This document shows positions 58,155-64,000 of a DNA stretch of 64,000 nt, piece after piece. The DNA comes from Acidimicrobiaceae bacterium (GTDB lineage: Bacteria > Actinomycetota > Acidimicrobiia > Acidimicrobiales > Acidimicrobiaceae), in NCBI GenBank assembly GCA_013044385.1, contig JABEUN010000068.1:7466-71465 (forward strand). The letters are read 5' to 3'. The notes under the pieces were generated by a model, which saw only the letters and a program-made list of their open reading frames with translations, was not told the origin of the DNA and ran no database searches. A program made the translations under genes and the position numbers. Within the stretch, counting starts at the first letter, position 1. Each line of letters starts with the position of its first letter.

Positions 58155-58517
58155 GTGGTGATGACAGTTGTCATGATTATCGCAGCGGTGATCTCTCTGG
58201 GAGCAGCGGTGGTATCACTGGTGACTGCGCTAACTACAAGGAGGGTAGCAAGGAACCTGCTTGAGCAGCAGAGAATCCTGAGGGCCGAGTCCTTCGAACT
58301 GGCAGCGGAGGCGAAAAGAGCCATGGAATCTGCTTCTATTGGAGCCGAGAGAGCAGAGGATCTTCTCCAAATTGCCCAAGCGGCTAACTCATCGATAGAG
58401 AGGACATCCAAGGTGGCACGACGTGTTGTTACCTATCCATCGATTCGGATCAGGTCTGCGGTTGTCGGGTTCTCGAGTGCTAGACGCACTCTATTTGGAA
58501 GGGGCTCGCGGAACTGA
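58155..58517 (+). CDS. Small membrane-anchored coiled-coil protein (DUF948-like)
   Basis: 120 aa with one N-terminal TM segment (VVMIIAAVISLGAAVVSLVTAL), then helical and charged sequence. It starts 5 nt after aspS. Confidence 0.55.
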   Translation: MVMTVVMIIAAVISLGAAVVSLVTALTTRRVARNLLEQQRILRAESFELAAEAKRAMESASIGAERAEDLLQIAQAANSSIERTSKVARRVVTYPSIRIRSAVVGFSSARRTLFGRGSRN

Positions 58518-58750
58518 TGGCTTCAAGGCTGAAGTGGGTGGTAGTCGGAGCGTCAATAGGAGCGTGGGCAACGCTGAAGGTGCAGTCCGAGCTTCGCTCG
58601 AAGATTCAGGCATCAAAGCCCAATAACGTTGTGGCCCGAGTTGAAAAGGGCGCCAGACGTGTGGCTGATAGTGTTATTGACGCTGCCCAGCAGGGCTTCC
58701 AGGTAGCCGTCGTTGAATTGGAGCGCCTCAAGGATTCCGAGACATACTGA
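58517..58750 (+). CDS. Small membrane-anchored hypothetical protein
   Basis: 77 aa with an N-terminal TM segment (LKWVVVGASIGAWATL), then a helical tail. Its ATG overlaps the upstream TGA by 1 nt (TGATG). Confidence 0.5.
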   Translation: MASRLKWVVVGASIGAWATLKVQSELRSKIQASKPNNVVARVEKGARRVADSVIDAAQQGFQVAVVELERLKDSETY

Positions 58751-58885
58751 AGTCCTCTGGTCAAAACGCCTTGCAATCTAATCCTCTGCTTCGGCGAGTT
58801 TGACCGGCTCTGCGCGTTCTGATTGTTTGCTGGACAGCGCCTGTTGCCATCTGTCTCACTAGTTTGCAATACACTTTGAAGCACG

Positions 58886-61474
58886 ATGGATGCTAACCAG
58901 CTAAGAAAAGCCTTTACAGATTTTTTCGTGGACCGGGGACACGTGGCGGTCCCATCAGCGTCGCTGATCCCACATGACCAGACGGTGCTATTCACAGTCG
59001 CAGGTATGGTTCCTTTCAAGCCGTACTTTCTAGGTGAAGTACCGGCTCCTTATCCGAGAGCGACCTCGATCCAGAAGTGCGTGAGAGCAGGTGGAAAGCA
59101 CAACGATCTCGATAACATCGGTCTCACCTCCAGGCATTTGACATTTTTCGAGATGCTCGGAAACTTCAGCTTTGGTGACTATTTCAAGGAAAAGGCGATT
59201 CCCTACGCGTGGGAGTTGGTAACCGAAGTACTCAAACTTGACCCGACGAAGCTATGGATAACTGTCCACCTATCTGACGATGAAGCAGAACGGATCTGGC
59301 GCGATGAGGTCGGCGTACCGGCCGAGCGTATACAGAGGATGGACGAGGACAATTGGTGGCAGATGGCAGACACCGGCCCCTGCGGACCATGCTCGGAGAT
59401 CTACTACGACAAGGGCGAAAGCTATGGTGCAGATGGGGGCCCGGCGTTGGGGTCCGACGAGCGTTTCATGGAGATATGGAATCTCGTGTTCATGCAGTAC
59501 GATCGGCAACCCGATGGGGAGCTGGTGCTGCTCCCGAAGCCTTGCATAGACACTGGGGCGGGATTCGAACGAATTTTGCCAGTGGTGCAGGGCAAAGGGT
59601 CAGTCTACGATACTGACCTTCTGCAGCCAATCCTTCAGACTGCCGGCCGGTTGACCGGTATCCGATACGGCGACACTGAGGCTAATGACGTAAAGCTTCG
59701 GATCATGGCCGATCACTCCAGATCGATGACATTTTTGGTAGCAGATGGCGTCTTCCCATCCAATGAGGGTCGTGGCTATGTGCTTCGCAGGATAATCAGG
59801 CGAGCTGTTTTACGAAGTTATCAACTTGGAACAGAGACACTTGTTACTCCAGACCTAGTCTCCACGGTGATAGAGAACATGTCGGGTGCATACCCAGAGC
59901 TTGAACGACAACGCGACTATCTGGTGTCGACCATTGCGCGCGAGGAGGAGCGATTCCGCCAGACGCTAAAGACTGGGTCGGCGCAACTAGAAGAGGAGCT
60001 TCTGGCAGGAGTTGTTTCCGGTGAGGTGGCCTTCAGACTCCACGACACCTTCGGCTTCCCTATCGAGTTGACGCTAGAGGTGGCAAAAGAGCGGGGGATC
60101 GAGGTGGACCTGGTTGGCTTCGAAGAGAATATGGCGAAGCAGAGGTCCATGGCAAGGGCGGCGGGTCTAGGAAACGAAGGAGTCGAGACCGATCTAGAGC
60201 ACTACCGTAGCCTCTTGGACGGATTTGGATCTACTGAGTTCACCGGTCATACCACTTACGAAGAGCATGGCAGGTTGCTTGCGGTCATCCGATCGGAGGC
60301 GCGCCCGGGCCTTTATGAGGTCTTCTTGGATAGGACCTGTTTCTATCCCGAAGGTGGTGGTCAGGTCGGTGACACGGGGGTGATCCAGACCGAGTCAGCT
60401 CAATTCACAGTCGTCGACACCAACTATGTAGCGGGTTCCGTCATCCGACATTTTGCAGAGCTCACCTCCGGTAGTCCTGTGATTGGAGAGCTCGCTACGT
60501 TGAAGGTAGACGCACAGAGGCGGGACGCAATCAGGCGTAATCACACTGGTACCCACCTTCTGCACTGGGCACTTAGGAGAGTGCTTGGAGATCACGTCAG
60601 ACAGCAGGGGTCACTTGTCACTCCGGATCGTTTACGTTTTGACTTTACCCACTATGGCCCACTGACTCTTGAGGAGCGCAGAAAGGTTGAGGCCCTAGTA
60701 AACGCTGAGATCATCTCTAATGTGGAGGTCAAGACCGACCTGATGCCCAAGCAGGCGGCGTTGGATGCTGGGGCGATGGCTTTTTTCGGTGACAAGTACG
60801 CCGATGTTGTTCGGGTCGTGAAGGCGGGTTCGTCTTCGGTGGAACTCTGTGGCGGCATACACGTCGATTCACTTGGGATGATTGGCCTGTGCCAGATTGT
60901 CTCGGAAGGTTCAATAGGTTCGAATACCAGGAGGTTGGAGGCGGTCACCGGCGAGGGTGCTCTGCGCAGGGTGTGGGAGTTGGAGACGCTGATCTCCGAC
61001 ACTGCGGAGATACTGAGAGTCAGTCCCGCAGAGGTGGCCGATAAGGTTGCCCAGATGAGAGCGCACGAGAAGGTCCTGCTGGATCAGATCAAGGCCATGA
61101 GTGCCGAACGGATTCGGGCGATAGCTGAGGGCGTGACCGCTTCAGAAGGTTTCGCAATCGTGCGGTGGGATGGTATGTCCGCCGACGATCTGCGGCAGCT
61201 GGCGATCCAAGTTAGGTCCAGGCCAGGTCTGAAGGCCGTGGTTGTCGCTGGAGTGCAGGACGGTGCGAAGGTAACTCTGGTAGCGGCGGTTTCGAAGGAT
61301 AGCGGTCTGGTAGCGTCTGAGCTAATTTCTGATGCAGCTAGAGAGCTCGGTGGGGGAGTAGGTCGACAAGTCGACCTCGCAGTTGCAGGCGGTAAAGAAG
61401 TGGAGAAGCTCGAGGGCGTGCTAGTCCAAGTCCGAGCCGACCTGGTGGCGAGGCTCTCCGATGGGAATTCGTGA
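58886..61474 (+). CDS. alaS: Alanine--tRNA ligase
   Basis: MDANQLRKAFTDFFVDRGH, FFEMLGNFSFGDYFK, editing domain HTGTHLLH, C-terminal DHHA1. 862 aa. Confidence 0.95.
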   Translation: MDANQLRKAFTDFFVDRGHVAVPSASLIPHDQTVLFTVAGMVPFKPYFLGEVPAPYPRATSIQKCVRAGGKHNDLDNIGLTSRHLTFFEMLGNFSFGDYFKEKAIPYAWELVTEVLKLDPTKLWITVHLSDDEAERIWRDEVGVPAERIQRMDEDNWWQMADTGPCGPCSEIYYDKGESYGADGGPALGSDERFMEIWNLVFMQYDRQPDGELVLLPKPCIDTGAGFERILPVVQGKGSVYDTDLLQPILQTAGRLTGIRYGDTEANDVKLRIMADHSRSMTFLVADGVFPSNEGRGYVLRRIIRRAVLRSYQLGTETLVTPDLVSTVIENMSGAYPELERQRDYLVSTIAREEERFRQTLKTGSAQLEEELLAGVVSGEVAFRLHDTFGFPIELTLEVAKERGIEVDLVGFEENMAKQRSMARAAGLGNEGVETDLEHYRSLLDGFGSTEFTGHTTYEEHGRLLAVIRSEARPGLYEVFLDRTCFYPEGGGQVGDTGVIQTESAQFTVVDTNYVAGSVIRHFAELTSGSPVIGELATLKVDAQRRDAIRRNHTGTHLLHWALRRVLGDHVRQQGSLVTPDRLRFDFTHYGPLTLEERRKVEALVNAEIISNVEVKTDLMPKQAALDAGAMAFFGDKYADVVRVVKAGSSSVELCGGIHVDSLGMIGLCQIVSEGSIGSNTRRLEAVTGEGALRRVWELETLISDTAEILRVSPAEVADKVAQMRAHEKVLLDQIKAMSAERIRAIAEGVTASEGFAIVRWDGMSADDLRQLAIQVRSRPGLKAVVVAGVQDGAKVTLVAAVSKDSGLVASELISDAARELGGGVGRQVDLAVAGGKEVEKLEGVLVQVRADLVARLSDGNS

Positions 61475-61532
61475 GGTTTCCTGCCGCCGGTGCACCTTCG
61501 CCCCTGTGGTCGAGGTCGGGCCGCTTAGGTAG

Positions 61533-61949
61533 ATGAAGGTAGTTGGACTGGATATCGGCAATAAGAGGATCGGGATAGCGGTATCGGACTCTGCTGGTCG
61601 AGTGGCAGTCCCGTCGAGAACCTTTGTTAGGGTTGGCGATCTTGATCGTGATATCAGCCGTCTGGCCGAAGTGATCTTGGAGTATGAGCCAGTGGCGGTC
61701 ATAGCCGGAGTCCCGGTTTCCCTCTCTGGCGAAATCGGTCCCCAGGCAGTGGTGGTGCTGTCGGAGTTGAAGATCCTCTCTGAACGGATAGGACTGGAGA
61801 TCAGGACCCAGGACGAGCGACTTACAACCAGAGCTGCCACTGCGGCGCTGCGTGTAGCCGGAAAGACGTCCAAGCAGCAGAGATCGATTGTGGATGCTAT
61901 TTCTGCCGCTATCATCTTGCAGGATTGGCTTGACTCGGAGAGGGATTAG
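61533..61949 (+). CDS. ruvX: Holliday junction resolvase-like pre-16S rRNA nuclease RuvX/YqgF
   Basis: VVGLDIGNKRIGIAVSD, 138 aa, directly after alaS as in other actinobacteria. Confidence 0.88.
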   Translation: MKVVGLDIGNKRIGIAVSDSAGRVAVPSRTFVRVGDLDRDISRLAEVILEYEPVAVIAGVPVSLSGEIGPQAVVVLSELKILSERIGLEIRTQDERLTTRAATAALRVAGKTSKQQRSIVDAISAAIILQDWLDSERD

Positions 61950-61953
61950 AGGA

Positions 61954-63165
61954 TTGGACGATGAGATCAATGCTCTAAGCGGCTCCTCAGAGTCCGACGG
62001 AGCCCCGTTTGATGACTCAGAATCACCGGCGAGTGAGGGCACAACCGAAACTCTCGACCCGCATGCTGGAAACGCATTAGAGGCGTCATCTCAATTTGGG
62101 GACCCCTCGCCTGCTAGTAGAGCTGTTGGCCGTCGGTCCGTTGGCGCTCCCAAAGGGCGCAGGGGACGAGCTGCGTTGAAGATAATTGCTGCGGTCTTGG
62201 CTGTCTTTGTATTGGCCGGAGTGTTTGTGGTTCAGCACATCCTCTCGATCGTCGATGGTTCACCAGGTGGAAGACCGGTAGCTATCGACATCAAGTCGGG
62301 TTGGTCATATGCCACGTTTACCACCGGGTTGTCCGAGGCTGGTGTTCTCCGCTCTGGCTCCGTATTCGACCTTTATCTGAAGGTCAAGTCGCCACCGGTA
62401 CTCAGGCCGGGCTTCTACACCTTCTACCAGCACGAGGGATTTTCGGAAGTTCTTGCGACCCTTGGACGGGGGCCGAAGCTCTTCCGGCTGACTATCCCCG
62501 ATGGACTCAGTCTGGCTGCGATCGCAGATCTGGTCGGAAAGTTGCCAGGACATTCAAGTTCAAGTTTTCTTGCGTTGGCGGACAAGACTCGTCCGACTTC
62601 GATAGGCTTCGACTCAGCTAACCTCACGACCGCTGAGGGATTTCTTTATCCAGATACTTACTTCCTCGATCCAACTGAGACTAATGCCCAGATAATCGCC
62701 AATCTCATGGATCGCTTCACCCAGGTAGCGCATCAGATAGGGCTCACACCAAATGGCAGCTACAACGGACTATCTGGTGTTCAGGTTGTTATCGGTGCAT
62801 CGATCATCGAGCGCGAGGCGAAGGCGGTTTCTGACTATCCGAAGGTTGCCCGGGTCATCTTAAATCGCCTCTTGGCTGGTAAGCCGCTCCAGATGGATTC
62901 AACTGTACGGTTTGCCACCGGGAACTACTCTGGACCGATAACCATCTCCCAACTCGCCAGTCCGTCGCCATACAATACCTACACCCACCTAGGACTCCCC
63001 CCTGGCCCGATCAGCGCTCCAGGGCAGACGGCTCTCGAGGCGATGATGCATCCGGCGAAGGGCAGCTGGCTCTATTTCGTCACCCTTCGGGGTCGGAACC
63101 TCTCCTCCTTCTTCGACACCTATCAGCAACAGCAGGCGGCGATAGCGGCATCTGGTGGTCTCTGA
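61954..63165 (+). CDS. mltG: Endolytic murein transglycosylase MltG (YceG-like)
   Basis: Disordered N-terminus, one TM segment (ALKIIAAVLAVFVLAGVFVV), then the YceG domain (EGFLYPDTYF, ASIIEREA, PGPISAPG). The start is uncertain. TTG 61954 lies 5 nt after the ruvX stop and follows GGAGAGGGA. The ORF is open from 61888. Confidence 0.8.
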   Translation: MDDEINALSGSSESDGAPFDDSESPASEGTTETLDPHAGNALEASSQFGDPSPASRAVGRRSVGAPKGRRGRAALKIIAAVLAVFVLAGVFVVQHILSIVDGSPGGRPVAIDIKSGWSYATFTTGLSEAGVLRSGSVFDLYLKVKSPPVLRPGFYTFYQHEGFSEVLATLGRGPKLFRLTIPDGLSLAAIADLVGKLPGHSSSSFLALADKTRPTSIGFDSANLTTAEGFLYPDTYFLDPTETNAQIIANLMDRFTQVAHQIGLTPNGSYNGLSGVQVVIGASIIEREAKAVSDYPKVARVILNRLLAGKPLQMDSTVRFATGNYSGPITISQLASPSPYNTYTHLGLPPGPISAPGQTALEAMMHPAKGSWLYFVTLRGRNLSSFFDTYQQQQAAIAASGGL

Positions 63166-63215
63166 GTAGGTATGTCAGGTCACCAATTTCCTTTGACCGA
63201 TACATTGGTAGTCCA

Positions 63216-64000
63216 ATGAACATGATTGCCATGCCGACTGGATCTACGCGATTCGCTTGCGTAGTAGGAGCGCCGGTGCGGCATTCTCTGTCTCCGGTGC
63301 TATTCAATTCCGCGTTCGCTGCTGCCGGACTTGATTGCGTATATCTCGCGATGGAGGTAGGTCCAGAGTCGTTAGCTCATGCCATCATGGGCTTAAGGGC
63401 GCTGGGAGCAATCGGCATCTCGGTGACGATGCCACACAAGGAGAAGATCGTCCCGCTACTCGATGAGGTTACGCCGATGGCGAGACTGCTCAAATCTGTC
63501 AACGTAGTGCGGACGGTCGACGGCAACTTAATAGGCGACACGACAGATGGAACGGCACTTGTGATGGCCCTTAGGGATTCTCATGGTGTAAGGCTCGAAG
63601 GTGCGAAAGTGGCCATGCTTGGTACGGGAAGTGCTGCAAGATCAGTTGCAGTAGCGATATGTGGATCCGGTATCGCATCTGTTGAGCTGATAGGTCGTTC
63701 TGATTCAGGGTATGTCGAGATGGCGAACTTGTTATCGGGGTTTGCACCTTTGGGTGTGAAGGTGAGTAGGGGAGATCTTGGATCGATAGGACGTTGTGAT
63801 GTTGTTATCAACGCCACATCGGTCGGCATGTCCGGGACTGCTAGTGAGGGTGAGCTACCATTTCCGATCGAGCTGATGGGTAGCGGACAGTTCCTTTACG
63901 ATTTGGTCTATTCGCCGTTGGAGACGCCGCTGGTCAAGGCCGCGTCCTCTGCTGGAGTCCGGTGCGCAAACGGTGTGTCAATGCTGACCCAGATCGCCGC
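63216..64000 (+). CDS. aroE: Shikimate dehydrogenase (5' part, runs off the window)
   Basis: My own translation from ATG 63216: MNMIAMPTGSTRFACVVGAPVRHSLSPVLFNSAFAAAGLDCVYLAMEV... The frame stays open to the window end, with a later GTGSAARSVA NADP motif. The start could be ATG 63222 or 63231. Confidence 0.8.
   Translation, partial: MNMIAMPTGSTRFACVVGAPVRHSLSPVLFNSAFAAAGLDCVYLAMEVGPESLAHAIMGLRALGAIGISVTMPHKEKIVPLLDEVTPMARLLKSVNVVRTVDGNLIGDTTDGTALVMALRDSHGVRLEGAKVAMLGTGSAARSVAVAICGSGIASVELIGRSDSGYVEMANLLSGFAPLGVKVSRGDLGSIGRCDVVINATSVGMSGTASEGELPFPIELMGSGQFLYDLVYSPLETPLVKAASSAGVRCANGVSMLTQIA

Noticed and set aside
1-64000. Whole-window scan for CRISPR arrays, IS elements with terminal inverted repeats, integrases, rRNA or tRNA genes, toxin-antitoxin pairs and known defence genes.
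   Set aside because: I saw no regularly spaced repeats, transposase or integrase motifs (DDE, or the R-H-R-Y tetrad), RT, nuclease-helicase pairs or rRNA/tRNA signatures. The only repeats are the short ones reported in the findings.

Overview
This window is mostly conserved housekeeping backbone, with a gene order typical of Actinomycetota. mshC (mycothiol), pgsA-patA-pimA (phosphatidylinositol mannosides) and an F420-dependent NADP reductase support that assignment. Hand-counted GC is about 55-57%, and coding density is very high, with many 1-4 nt gene overlaps.

Features in order:
- 1-1.85 kb: the tail of a gene and a large Cys-rich secreted protein with a pilin/PilX-like N-terminus.
- 1.85-10.8 kb (minus strand): a tightly coupled corrin-ring operon, cobB-cobI-cobM-cbiD-cobL-cbiG/cobJ-ferredoxin-cobH-cbiX.
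- 10.9-12.0 kb: a dienelactone hydrolase and a small DUF6295-like protein.
- 12.0-13.7 kb: a 1.7 kb gene-poor stretch with only short or interrupted ORFs.
- 13.7-23.7 kb: cobO, then a divergent cobalamin riboswitch driving cobU-cobS-cobD-cobQ-cobN-chlI/D.
- 23.8-29.9 kb: an orphan exported protein, fabI, npdG, mshC, thrS and a HIT protein.
- 29.9-32.0 kb: an inverted EF-G paralogue.
- 32.2-37.1 kb: pgsA-patA-pimA, a membrane protein with a degenerate M48-like motif and a DUF3048 lipoprotein.
- 37.2-42.2 kb: pdxS-pdxT-yebC-bcp-ruvCAB.
- 42.2-46.6 kb: a MocR-type regulator divergent from an aminotransferase-mmsA pair.
- 46.6-54.3 kb: queA-tgt-yajC-secD-secF-relA.
- 54.5-64.0 kb: an APC permease, aspS, two small coupled membrane proteins, alaS-ruvX-mltG and the start of aroE.

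I found no rRNA, tRNA, CRISPR array, intact IS element or recognisable defence system, and no clear novel multi-gene system. The most interesting loci are:
- the gene-poor insert splitting the B12 genes;
- the mixed B12 gene content: an early CbiX-type plus a late CobN-type chelatase, an embedded ferredoxin, and no CobG, CobK or CbiJ in the window;
- the EF-G paralogue inserted into the PIM block;
- the pseudo-M48 membrane protein.

All functional calls come from reading motifs in the supplied translations. No database search was run.
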